A DNA stretch of 64,000 bases from Lachnospiraceae bacterium (GTDB lineage Bacteria > Bacillota > Clostridia > Lachnospirales > Lachnospiraceae). Position 1 is the stretch's first letter; each line of letters opens with the position of its first letter. Of the stretch, positions 39,164-49,953 are shown in pieces. Under the pieces are notes generated by a model. The model worked only from the letters and a program-made list of their open reading frames with translations, was not told the DNA's origin and made no database searches. The DNA lies in NCBI GenBank assembly GCA_014804245.1, contig JAAVAE010000014.1, forward strand, positions 25,117-89,116. The letters are read 5' to 3'. A program made the position numbers and the translations under genes.

Positions 39164-40255
39164 ATGGATAAATTTTCTGTAAATAAAATAAATTTAAGCG
39201 AAGCGGGAAAAAAATATCTGATATTGGCGGCGGTAAGTTTTTTGGTATATCTGGCAATGAAATATATCAGTCCTATCGTGTCGCCATTTCTTTTTGCCTT
39301 TTTACTGGCGGGGCTTTTGAATCCGGCGGTACAGATACTTCACAATAAAATGAAAATACGAAAATCGATTCTGGCAGGAATCCTTTTATTTGCAGTCGGT
39401 GTTCTGATTCTAATACTAATGTGGATAATCTTATCAGCGCTCATTTCCGGCGGGGGGCGTCTGGCAGGGCAGATACCGGATTACCAGAAGGAGTTCAATG
39501 TTCTTTTAGGGGACTGCTGCAGTATGATGGGAGAAAAGTTTGGGGTGGATGGTGTCCAGATTGAAAAATTTATTGTAGAGCAGGTGAATCTTTTTATTGA
39601 TAATCTTGAGGTCAATGTGCTGCCTGAAATTATGGGAAAATCTGTAAATTATATGAAAAGCATTGTGAGTTTTATCAGCATCATTGTAGTGATGATGATT
39701 GCAGTGCTGCTTATTATGAAGGATTACGATAAATATATGCTCCGGTTAAAGAAAGAAGAGGGACTTTTGGGCGTAAGGGAAGTTGTGAAAAAGGTGATTC
39801 TTTATGTGAAGACTTTTATCAAGGCACAAATCATCATCCTCTGTACCATCAGTACCATATGTGCTGTTGCGCTTGCGCTGATGGGAATGGAAGGGGGTAT
39901 TGTCTATGGGATATTGACAGGGATTATGGACATGCTTCCTTTTATAGGAACCGGAATTATGCTGATTCCGCTGGCGATTTTCCGGCTGATCAGCGGAAAT
40001 TACTGGCAGGCTTTTTTTTGCTTCTGCCTCTATGCTGTCTGTGCGCTGATCCGGGAATTTTTGGAACCCAAACTGATTGGAGAGAAGGTTGGGGTGTGGC
40101 CAGTAGGAATTTTGTTTGCAGTCTTTGCCGGGATCCATTTGTTTGGGGTGTGGGGAATCGTTAAAGGACCGCTGTCGCTGGTGATTATATGTGAGTCTTG
40201 TAAATATTTGTGGAGTAGGATGGAACGGGAGGAAACGGTTTTGGAGCCAGAATAG
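39164..40255 (+). CDS. AI-2E family transporter (sporulation protein YtvI-like)
   Basis: SPFLFA, DMLPFIGTG, REFLEPKLIG, GIVKGP; multi-TM. Confidence 0.85.
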   Translation: MDKFSVNKINLSEAGKKYLILAAVSFLVYLAMKYISPIVSPFLFAFLLAGLLNPAVQILHNKMKIRKSILAGILLFAVGVLILILMWIILSALISGGGRLAGQIPDYQKEFNVLLGDCCSMMGEKFGVDGVQIEKFIVEQVNLFIDNLEVNVLPEIMGKSVNYMKSIVSFISIIVVMMIAVLLIMKDYDKYMLRLKKEEGLLGVREVVKKVILYVKTFIKAQIIILCTISTICAVALALMGMEGGIVYGILTGIMDMLPFIGTGIMLIPLAIFRLISGNYWQAFFCFCLYAVCALIREFLEPKLIGEKVGVWPVGILFAVFAGIHLFGVWGIVKGPLSLVIICESCKYLWSRMEREETVLEPE

Positions 40256-40269
40256 GGGTGAATTCACAG

Positions 40270-40316
40270 ACAGTCCTATTCAGCTAAGCGGCAGCATCAT
40301 AGCTGAATGAGGCTGT
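40270..40316. terminator. Hairpin between convergent genes
   Basis: ACAGTCCTATTCAGCTA...TAGCTGAATGAGGCTGT imperfect inverted repeat. Confidence 0.55.
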
Positions 40317-41083
40317 TAATGGTATCGCTCGGAAAGTCCGCTGCGTTTAAAGGCAGACTCAAAGAAACGCTCCCGATATTTTTTGGGCGTCATACCAAAG
40401 CTCTTTTTAAAAACTTGAATAAAGTGGCTTTGGGAATTGAAGGCCAGTATGGAAGCGATGTCAGCGGTCGGTGTGTCGGAGTATAGGAGCATATTTTTGG
40501 CGGCCTGCATCCGGCGGTCTGTAATGTACTGGGAGATGGTCATTTCAGTTTCTTTTTTAAACAATCCAGACAGGTAATTGGGGTTTAGGTTGACTTTGGC
40601 AGCAAGGGTTTCTATAGACAGCTTTTCATGTAGATGATAGTAAATGTAATCCATGCACGTCAGAATGGGCTTTGAATAAAGGGGACGTTTATGAATTTCA
40701 GACATTTGTGATGTGAAAAAGCTGATCATATCTTCGTATAATTGAATAATACTGTCAACATCCTGACAAGAATCCACCCGTTGAATATAGAGGTCGCTGG
40801 CGGTGTATGCATCTTCCTCATCCATACCGCCTTCAATGGAAAAACGCGTTGTCAGGGTGATGGAAGCTATAAAAAGATATTTGAAATTTTTTAGCGGAGT
40901 ATCTGATAAATGACCGCTCAATTCTGACAGAAATAAGTTCTTGCTTACTGCAACGGCATCCATATTTCCATCCCTGATCATATTGTACATGTGTAGCTCT
41001 TCATCATATTTGTGATGGCGGGTGCCATTCTCGCGCCGTAAAAACTGCTGGTAATATAAGGCTTTATTATTTACATAGGGCAT
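40316..41083 (-). CDS. AraC-family regulator, divergent from the ROK-VOC-GH1-ABC operon
   Basis: LNPNYLSGLFKKE, FNSQSHFIQVFKKSFGMTPKKYR; AGGAG RBS before ATG 41083. Confidence 0.92.
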   Translation of the reverse strand: MPYVNNKALYYQQFLRRENGTRHHKYDEELHMYNMIRDGNMDAVAVSKNLFLSELSGHLSDTPLKNFKYLFIASITLTTRFSIEGGMDEEDAYTASDLYIQRVDSCQDVDSIIQLYEDMISFFTSQMSEIHKRPLYSKPILTCMDYIYYHLHEKLSIETLAAKVNLNPNYLSGLFKKETEMTISQYITDRRMQAAKNMLLYSDTPTADIASILAFNSQSHFIQVFKKSFGMTPKKYRERFFESAFKRSGLSERYH

Positions 41084-41285
41084 AATGCTATCTCCTGATT
41101 TCAATTGTATGCATCAAAGGCAGATTTTTGTAAATATGCACAAAAAAATAGAAATATATTTGGTATAATTATCGAAATTAATATATATATGAAAATTGTA
41201 ACATAAATATGAGAAAAATGATATAACAAAGCGCAAATATTTGTTACCTTTAGTTCACAGACAAAACGAGAAGAGGAATAGAGAT

Positions 41286-42278
41286 ATGAAATGTTTGGCT
41301 TTGGATTTCGGCGGCAGCTCCGTCAAATATGCTCTTGTGGATCAGGAGGCTCATTTGGAACATTCAGCTAAGGTTCCGGCACCGCTTAATTCTGTAGACG
41401 AGTTTGTTGAGACGGTAACCAATTTGTATGAATGCTTTCGGAATGAAATCGAAGGCATAGCCATTAGTATGCCGGGTTATATTTCATCTACAAAAGGGAT
41501 TTTGTTTGATTCGGGAGCGTATAAAGCACTTTACGGGTTTAATATCTACCAGCTTTTGGGGGAAAAGTGTCCGGTGCCTATAACGATGGAAAACGATGGA
41601 AAGTGTGCTGCTTTGGCAGAAGCATGGAAAGGTGCCTTGGCAAAATGCAGGGATGGAGCAGTGATTGTATTGGGTTCCGGAATTGCAGGAGGAATCATTA
41701 AAGATGGTAAGATTCACAGCGGACGGGATTTTTCCGCAGGAGAGTTGTCTTATCTGATTACGGATCCAACTCAAAAGACGCCTTTGTGCTGTGCATATAT
41801 GTCGGCGGCAATGCATGGACTGTGTTATAGGGTCTGCAAAGCAAAAAATCTGGATCTCTCTGTCCAGGACTCTGCATCAATTCTTACATGGCTTGATGGT
41901 CTCATTCAAATGCCTTATGCAGATCCCAAAGGCAGTTTGAAAAAAATTAAATCTGACGGCGTTCAGATCTTCAAGTGGCTTTCAGAGGGTGATGCTGATG
42001 TTACATATATCTACCAGAATTTTATCAGGTCGCTGGCCGTGGTTGTCCACAATGTACAAATTTGCTATGCACCGGAAAAAATTGCAATCGGCGGCGGTCT
42101 TAGCTTGGAAAATCGTATTTTTGAGGATTTGAATCAGGAACTTTGCTCGTACTATCATGCCATGGAAGTGGGAAAAGAATTATATGCAGATGTAGTCAAA
42201 TGCCATTATCTGAGCGAATGCAACCTGATTGGCGCTATGTATAACTATTTGCTCCACCGTCATAATAATGACATCTGA
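41286..42278 (+). CDS. ROK-family kinase (beta-glucoside kinase-like)
   Basis: ALDFGGSSVK, ISMPG, ENDGKCAALAE, LGSGIAGG, AGELSY. No HTH and no CxCGxxGC zinc motif. Confidence 0.85.
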   Translation: MKCLALDFGGSSVKYALVDQEAHLEHSAKVPAPLNSVDEFVETVTNLYECFRNEIEGIAISMPGYISSTKGILFDSGAYKALYGFNIYQLLGEKCPVPITMENDGKCAALAEAWKGALAKCRDGAVIVLGSGIAGGIIKDGKIHSGRDFSAGELSYLITDPTQKTPLCCAYMSAAMHGLCYRVCKAKNLDLSVQDSASILTWLDGLIQMPYADPKGSLKKIKSDGVQIFKWLSEGDADVTYIYQNFIRSLAVVVHNVQICYAPEKIAIGGGLSLENRIFEDLNQELCSYYHAMEVGKELYADVVKCHYLSECNLIGAMYNYLLHRHNNDI

Positions 42279-42314
42279 TGATGCTTATTATATCAAAAAT
42301 GAAAGAGAGGATGA

Positions 42315-42878
42315 ATGAAAATGGAACAAGTCAAAACAACTTACCCTAACCCTAATCGGCCACCAAAGAAATTTACGGCCAAAAGTCTTCACGGACGTAC
42401 CAGACTTTATGTGACTACGTATAAGGATCTGCGTCGTTTCCAGAACTTCTATATCAATGTGTTCGGATGGGACATGATTGAAATGCCAGTGGCGGCCAGC
42501 GGTGTTCCGGCCGGCGACGAGCATCCTTCACTGCTGATGGCAACAGGACCTTCACAGTATGATTATGAAGGAGTAACACCGGGACATATGAACATGTTTG
42601 TTCATTGGGCGCCGGGAGAGATTGAGAAACAGGGACCGTTCACGGAAATTCATATGGATCGGCCTCTGGAAGAAACGATTCAGAAAATTATCGACCATGG
42701 CGGTAAGCTGATTCTTGACAAGAGCAAATCAGCACTTGCAAAACCTTTGGACGACAGTAAGCAAAGCTGGGAAATTCATGCAGTAGTAGAAGATCCCGCT
42801 GGTAATTATCTGTACCTGTGGAAATGCCCGTCTTCAAGAACCTGGGATGAGCTGGAAACCGAGTACGACGTTATATAA
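42315..42878 (+). CDS. VOC (glyoxalase/bleomycin-resistance fold) protein A
   Basis: FYINVFGW, LEETIQKIIDHGGK and AVVEDPAGN are VOC hallmarks. Confidence 0.72.
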   Translation: MKMEQVKTTYPNPNRPPKKFTAKSLHGRTRLYVTTYKDLRRFQNFYINVFGWDMIEMPVAASGVPAGDEHPSLLMATGPSQYDYEGVTPGHMNMFVHWAPGEIEKQGPFTEIHMDRPLEETIQKIIDHGGKLILDKSKSALAKPLDDSKQSWEIHAVVEDPAGNYLYLWKCPSSRTWDELETEYDVI

Positions 42879-42890
42879 GGAGGAGAAGAG

Positions 42891-43574
42891 ATGAAAAAAA
42901 TATATACATGTTTTGCCTGCGGCTTCCCCATTGCGTTTGAAGAGACAGAAGTCCCTGCACATTGCCCCGGATGCGGAGCACCGCGTTCACAATTTTTAGA
43001 GGAGCCTTGGTGCGGCAGCATTGAAAAAAGACGTATCCACGTTGATCCGCCCGAGGTTGATCCCAACAGAGATCCTTTTGATATTTCTTTCCATCCGGCA
43101 AAGGATTTTGCGCCTCTTAAGGGACATGGACGGACAAGGCAATGGGTTATGGGATACAATGAAGGACAGGCGCAGGAAATGAGATCTTTTTATGAAGACA
43201 TTTTTGGATGGGATATCATTGAAACAGAAAATTCCGATCCCGAAAATCCTACCATGTATTGCGCTACAGGACCAGGAACAGAGGACTGGGAACCAAGAGT
43301 ATGTTCTTTCGGATATGGTTTCCTGACACCTTATGCTAAAGAGGGAGAAGTCAAACCGACAGACTGCTTTGTAGTTGAAGTGAAGGATATTGAGGATACA
43401 TTGAAAAAGACAGTAGAATTCGGAGGCAAGGTGCTGCGTGAGCGCTTTTCTTTCGAAGGTCAGGATTATGCGGTGATAGAAGACAGCGAAGGCAATCAGC
43501 TGTATATCTGGGAGCAAAAAGATAAGGAGCCTGATTATTGCACAAATCCGGTGACCAGAACAGGAGCGCAGTAG
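42891..43574 (+). CDS. Rubredoxin-like domain-VOC fusion protein B
   Basis: N-terminal CFACG...P..CPGCGAPRSQF, then FYEDIFGW, VKDIEDTLKKTVEFGGK, AVIEDSEGN. AGGAGG RBS. Confidence 0.75.
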   Translation: MKKIYTCFACGFPIAFEETEVPAHCPGCGAPRSQFLEEPWCGSIEKRRIHVDPPEVDPNRDPFDISFHPAKDFAPLKGHGRTRQWVMGYNEGQAQEMRSFYEDIFGWDIIETENSDPENPTMYCATGPGTEDWEPRVCSFGYGFLTPYAKEGEVKPTDCFVVEVKDIEDTLKKTVEFGGKVLRERFSFEGQDYAVIEDSEGNQLYIWEQKDKEPDYCTNPVTRTGAQ

Positions 43575-45074
<1,500 letters not shown>

Positions 45075-45089
45075 GAAAATGGTGAAAAT

Positions 45090-46595
45090 ATGGAAAAAAA
45101 GGTTGTTTTAAAAGTAGAGGGTTTGAATAAATCATTTGGTTCTACACGGGCTGTTGTGGATATGCATCTGGAATTGTATGCGGGTGAGATTCGGGGACTG
45201 ATTGGAGAGAACGGCAGCGGAAAATCAACCGTGACGACTATGATTGCTGGAAGTCAAAGACCGGATAGCGGAACGATGATGATGGATGGGAAAGTTCATG
45301 CGCCGAAGAGCATGCTGGAGGGACGTGCGGCAGGTGTATGTATGCTTCTTCAGGAAAAAGGAACAATCAATCATCTGACAGTTTCCGAAAATATTTATCT
45401 GGGCGAAGAAGATAAATTCAGCCGTTATGGCATTGTTAACCGGCGTAAGATGGACAAAGAAGCAAAGAAGGTGTTGGAGAGTATTGACCTTGGAGATGTA
45501 AATCCTGCTCATTTGATTGATGAACTCAGTTTTGAAGATCGAAAGCTAGTGGAAGCAGGAATGGCGATGAAAGCTGATCCCCGGATTTTGATTGTGGATG
45601 AGACGACCACAGCGCTGTCCCAGAAAGGGCGTGAGGTGATTTATCGTATTATGAATCAAATGAAAGAGGAGGGAAAAACTGTAATCTTCATTTCCCACGA
45701 CCTGGATGAACTTAAAGAGATTTGCGACAATGTAACAGTTATGCGCGACGGTGCATATGTTACTACTTTATATGGAGACGAGATTACCATTGACAGTATG
45801 CGTCAGAATATGATTGGGCGTGAATTGTCCGAAGGTTATTATCGAAGCGATTATGATGATAATTATGATCATGAGACAGTGATGCTGGATGTGAGCCATG
45901 TTACTCTCGGAAATACCCTTAAAGATGTTTCCCTTCAAGTGCATAAAGGAGAGATTCTTGGAATCGGCGGTCTGACTGATTGCGGTATGCATGATCTGTG
46001 CAAGGTAGTATTTGGCTTGAGACAGCCAGATACTGGAGAAGTATGTCTTCCGCAGAAGGGTGTGAGTATCAAAAATTCCACTCAGGCAGCAGAAAACGGA
46101 ATGGGATATGTCCCTAAAGACCGTGAACTGGAAGGACTGATGCTGGCAGCGAGCATTCGGGATAATATCAATCTGATGGCAATGGATAAGATAAAAAAAG
46201 GTTTCCTGATAACACCTGGGGCGACCAGGAAGCTGGCAAGCACACAGGTGGAGGCTTTAAGTATCAAAATTGGTGGTATGGAGTTACCTGTATCCAGCTT
46301 AAGCGGCGGCAACAAACAAAAGGTTGCAATTGCCAAATGCATGGCAAACGATGTCGAAATTCTTATTATGGATTGTCCTACCAGAGGAATTGATATTGGA
46401 GTCAAAGCGGCAATTTACCGCTTACTGGAAAAGTTTAAAGAGGAAGGCCGTGCGATACTGATGGTTTCAGAGGAACTTCCTGAGCTGCTGGGAATGGCAG
46501 ATAATCTGGTTATTATGAAGGATGGCGAAGTGACTGCGCGCATTAAGCGAAGTGTTGATGTGACAGAGCATGATGTCATTATCAAAATGATTTAA
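45090..46595 (+). CDS. CUT2 (RbsA/MglA-like) sugar ABC ATPase
   Basis: Tandem NBDs: GENGSGKST, IVDETT, LSGGNKQK, DCPTRGIDIG. Confidence 0.93.
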   Translation: MEKKVVLKVEGLNKSFGSTRAVVDMHLELYAGEIRGLIGENGSGKSTVTTMIAGSQRPDSGTMMMDGKVHAPKSMLEGRAAGVCMLLQEKGTINHLTVSENIYLGEEDKFSRYGIVNRRKMDKEAKKVLESIDLGDVNPAHLIDELSFEDRKLVEAGMAMKADPRILIVDETTTALSQKGREVIYRIMNQMKEEGKTVIFISHDLDELKEICDNVTVMRDGAYVTTLYGDEITIDSMRQNMIGRELSEGYYRSDYDDNYDHETVMLDVSHVTLGNTLKDVSLQVHKGEILGIGGLTDCGMHDLCKVVFGLRQPDTGEVCLPQKGVSIKNSTQAAENGMGYVPKDRELEGLMLAASIRDNINLMAMDKIKKGFLITPGATRKLASTQVEALSIKIGGMELPVSSLSGGNKQKVAIAKCMANDVEILIMDCPTRGIDIGVKAAIYRLLEKFKEEGRAILMVSEELPELLGMADNLVIMKDGEVTARIKRSVDVTEHDVIIKMI

Positions 46596-46608
46596 GGAGG
46601 TGTTTTTT

Positions 46609-47565
46609 GTGAAAGAAACAACAAAACATAAATTCATCACAAAGGACAGGATACGGGCTTATCTTCCGGTATTTGCTTTGCTGTTTGTTGTAGCGCTTTT
46701 TGCCATTTTGACTCATGGAACAACGATGAAAATTAATAATCTGAAACAAATCATGTTGCAATCATGTACTTATATTGTAGCGGGGCTTGGCATTATCTTT
46801 ACAATGTCCTTGGGTAATATGGATATGTCTCTGGATGGTATTGTCTGCTTATCAGCATGTCTGAGCCTGCTGGCAACAGAAGTTACCGGCAGCTGGATGA
46901 TGTTTCCAGTCATCTTCCTAATTGCAATTGCATGTGAAATGGCAATCGGAGGCATTAACATTTTGCTGGGCATTAACAGTGTGATTGCTTCCTTCGCAGT
47001 TTCTTTCTTTGGAAAAGGAGTGGCGGGATTTATAATCGGCAACCGAACAAAGGCTTTGAGCCTGCCAGGGGAATTTAGTTTTCTCTACAACAGGACGGGC
47101 TTCTACATCATAACAATTATGGCAATTTTCGTGTTGACGGTGATTTTCCATTATACAAAGCTGGGGAAACGTGCGATGGCAATTGGTTCAAATCCAAGTG
47201 CGGCAAAGGCGGCAGGAATCAATGTGACAAAATATAAATTGTTGTCCTATTTGGTAGCAGGTATCATGATGGGGCTTGCGACACTTCTGATTGTCTTGCG
47301 TTCCGGCTCCACCAGTGCAACGACGGGTTCCGGTTTTCATGTATCGGTACTTCTGATGATGGTAATCGGGGGAGCGGCCCTTACCGGAGGCACCAAAGAA
47401 AAAATTTATAGTGTAGTTGTGGGTGTTCTCATATATTTGTGCCTAGAGAATGGTCTTACTGTTTTGGGGACAAGCCCGGAGGTAATAGGTCTGATTGAGG
47501 GGATTATTTTCCTGGCATCTGTAACGCTGACCTTTGACCGTGATGGCGTTCCGTATATTTTATAA
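46609..47565 (+). CDS. CUT2 ABC permease 1 (RbsC-like)
   Basis: GNMDMS, YTKLGKRAMAIGSNPSAAKAAGIN, VIGGAALTGG. Confidence 0.9.
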   Translation: MKETTKHKFITKDRIRAYLPVFALLFVVALFAILTHGTTMKINNLKQIMLQSCTYIVAGLGIIFTMSLGNMDMSLDGIVCLSACLSLLATEVTGSWMMFPVIFLIAIACEMAIGGINILLGINSVIASFAVSFFGKGVAGFIIGNRTKALSLPGEFSFLYNRTGFYIITIMAIFVLTVIFHYTKLGKRAMAIGSNPSAAKAAGINVTKYKLLSYLVAGIMMGLATLLIVLRSGSTSATTGSGFHVSVLLMMVIGGAALTGGTKEKIYSVVVGVLIYLCLENGLTVLGTSPEVIGLIEGIIFLASVTLTFDRDGVPYIL

Positions 47566-47640
47566 AGCAGGCTTTTGATTTGGCTTTCATTTACTAAATA
47601 AAGATTAGGATATTAAAAAATGAAAAATGGAGGAAAGAAT

Positions 47641-48804
47641 ATGAAAAAGAAATGGATGAAACTTGTGGCTCTTTCGATGTCCCTTATGATGGTGCTTTTA
47701 ACGGCATGTGGATCTGGACAGAATGCCGGAGAAAGTACAGCTGGGAATACCTCTGCCGAAAGCAGTGAGGCAGCAGGAGCAGAAACAGGCAGTGAAGATA
47801 CTGCTGATGCTAATCTTACAGTGGGAGTCATCATTTGGTCTACCGATGATGGGCTTGGCGCTGATTCAAAGAAGGCATTGGATGCGGTAGCAGATGATCT
47901 TGGTATTAACCTGATTTATAGAACAGGAAGCTATGATGCTGAAAATCAGACCACTGATCTTGAAAATCTGATAGCAGCCGGAGCAGACGGCATCATGTGT
48001 TGTGTTATAGTGGATACATCAACAGACGAGCTGCTTAAGGTTTGTGAGGAAGCTGATGTTGATTATCAGGTATTCTTCCGCAACATTATAGACGAAGAAG
48101 CTTATAACTATTGTATGTCAAGCGATCACTTTGCAGGATATATCTGTGAGGATGAAGGATCTGCCGGTGTTGATATGGTTGATGAGCTGATTGCACAGGG
48201 ATGTACTACCTTTGGGCTTATCAACCGTGAGGCAGGCAACGGTGTTATTGACCGTCGTCAGCAAGGTACAATGGAATATTTAGATGAAAAAGGATTGACT
48301 TACTATGTTTCTACTAACACCAGTACAGCAACCGCAACAGAAATGGTAGATGCAACAGATCAGCTTCTTGCAGCTTATCCTGATATTGACGGATTGATTC
48401 TTTCTTCTGGTTCCAATGGTGCTATTGATGCAATTGTTACAGACCTTGAGGGTACAGATATTAAGCTTACATCATTTGACACACCGGCTGATATTGAAGG
48501 GTCTTTCAATGCTGGAAATCTGTGTATGTTGACAACTGGAGCACAGATCGACCCTGTTTATGCACTGATCAATCTGTACTGCAAAATGACGGATAATCCG
48601 AAATCCGAAACACCTACTGAATATGGTTCCAATTATATTTATATGAAGTCTGCGGAAGATGCTAAAACCTATGAACAGTATTTTGGAGAGTTCAACAGCT
48701 ACACAGCAGATGAGATAAAGAGTATGGTAGATATGGATTTAGCTTCCTTCGAAAAAGAAATGGCAAATTATAGTCTGGAAATGGTTGTAGACAAAATGGA
48801 ATAA
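47641..48804 (+). CDS. CUT2 ABC solute-binding lipoprotein (RbsB-like fold)
   Basis: Lipobox LLTAC, acidic linker, LENLIAAGADGI, YPDIDG, SFD. Confidence 0.88.
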   Translation: MKKKWMKLVALSMSLMMVLLTACGSGQNAGESTAGNTSAESSEAAGAETGSEDTADANLTVGVIIWSTDDGLGADSKKALDAVADDLGINLIYRTGSYDAENQTTDLENLIAAGADGIMCCVIVDTSTDELLKVCEEADVDYQVFFRNIIDEEAYNYCMSSDHFAGYICEDEGSAGVDMVDELIAQGCTTFGLINREAGNGVIDRRQQGTMEYLDEKGLTYYVSTNTSTATATEMVDATDQLLAAYPDIDGLILSSGSNGAIDAIVTDLEGTDIKLTSFDTPADIEGSFNAGNLCMLTTGAQIDPVYALINLYCKMTDNPKSETPTEYGSNYIYMKSAEDAKTYEQYFGEFNSYTADEIKSMVDMDLASFEKEMANYSLEMVVDKME

Positions 48805-48842
48805 ATACTTGGTAAAACATCTGAAGTTTAGTAAATGAAGAC

Positions 48843-48892
48843 AGGAAGCTGCTGTAGACATAAATTGATTACTGTCAAAGCAGCAGCTTCCT
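48843..48892 (+). other. Stem-loop after the SBP gene
   Basis: AGGAAGCTGCTG...CAGCAGCTTCCT 12-bp inverted repeat, no U-tract. Confidence 0.65.
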
Positions 48893-48908
48893 AATAGGAG
48901 AAAGGAAT

Positions 48909-49886
48909 ATGACGAAAAGAATTAGCTATCAGATAAAAAATTATATGATTGCAATAGCGATTCCGTTGGTTTTATATGTGATTCTGTTGATTGCAGCGCC
49001 AAAGGCAATGGGCGGAACACAAATTTTTGACATTCTACGTCAGGCAATGTTGCCTTCTATTCTGGCATGGGGTGTTGCATTTGCCTGCAAGCTTGGCTTA
49101 TGGCATTTTGCAGCAGGGGCAAATGTGATTTCCGGTATTATCATTGGAGCAGGTATTGGCAATCGTTTGGGGGGAAGCCCGGTTGTGATAGCGATCAGTA
49201 TCATTGTCACCAGCACGCTAATCGGTCTTGCATGCGGGATGATTTACATATGGATTAAAGTTCCATCCATCATTGCAACGGTAGGGTGCATGTTAGTTCT
49301 GGAAAGTATATCCGCTCTTGCCTGGGGAGGAGGAGGAATTACAGTGAGCAAGGACTATGCTATTTTTAACAGTGTAGTGGTTGTTGTCATTTGTACGTTA
49401 ATCAGTTTTGTGATTGCCTATTTCCTTTATGCAAGGACGAAATATGGATTTAATTTGAAGGCAGTTTCCAGCAACATCAATGTTGCAGAGCAGCAGGGAA
49501 TTGATGTTAGAAAGGTGAAAGTGATTTCATTTGTCTTAGTCGGATTTTTCAGTGGTATTTACGGTACATTGACTCTTGCACGATCCTTCAAACAAGTACC
49601 TGTCACAAATATGGGAAGCATGGATATGGTATTTAATGCAATTATGTGCTTCTTTGTGGCAGCAGCGATTGAAAAGCGCGTAAATCTGATGGTAGGGGTC
49701 TATATAGGTTCCCTGACGGTTCAGCTGATTAAGTTTGGAATTGTTGCGCTGGGGATTTCAGGGCAGTTCAATAATGCAGCAGTTGCAATCGCGCTTTTGA
49801 TTTTCTGTATGATCAGCAGTGAAAGCGAACCAATTATGAAGTTACGCGCAAAGCTGCGTCCTAAAAAAGACATAGCTGCAGAATAA
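48909..49886 (+). CDS. CUT2 ABC permease 2
   Basis: KVPSIIATVG, RTKYGFNLKAVSSNINVAEQQGID; multi-TM. Confidence 0.88.
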   Translation: MTKRISYQIKNYMIAIAIPLVLYVILLIAAPKAMGGTQIFDILRQAMLPSILAWGVAFACKLGLWHFAAGANVISGIIIGAGIGNRLGGSPVVIAISIIVTSTLIGLACGMIYIWIKVPSIIATVGCMLVLESISALAWGGGGITVSKDYAIFNSVVVVVICTLISFVIAYFLYARTKYGFNLKAVSSNINVAEQQGIDVRKVKVISFVLVGFFSGIYGTLTLARSFKQVPVTNMGSMDMVFNAIMCFFVAAAIEKRVNLMVGVYIGSLTVQLIKFGIVALGISGQFNNAAVAIALLIFCMISSESEPIMKLRAKLRPKKDIAAE

Positions 49887-49953
49887 ATAGTTAAACGCCT
49901 TGTAATATTTACAGAATGGGGTTTCGACTGCTATACTGGTGTTGTTGCTGTAG

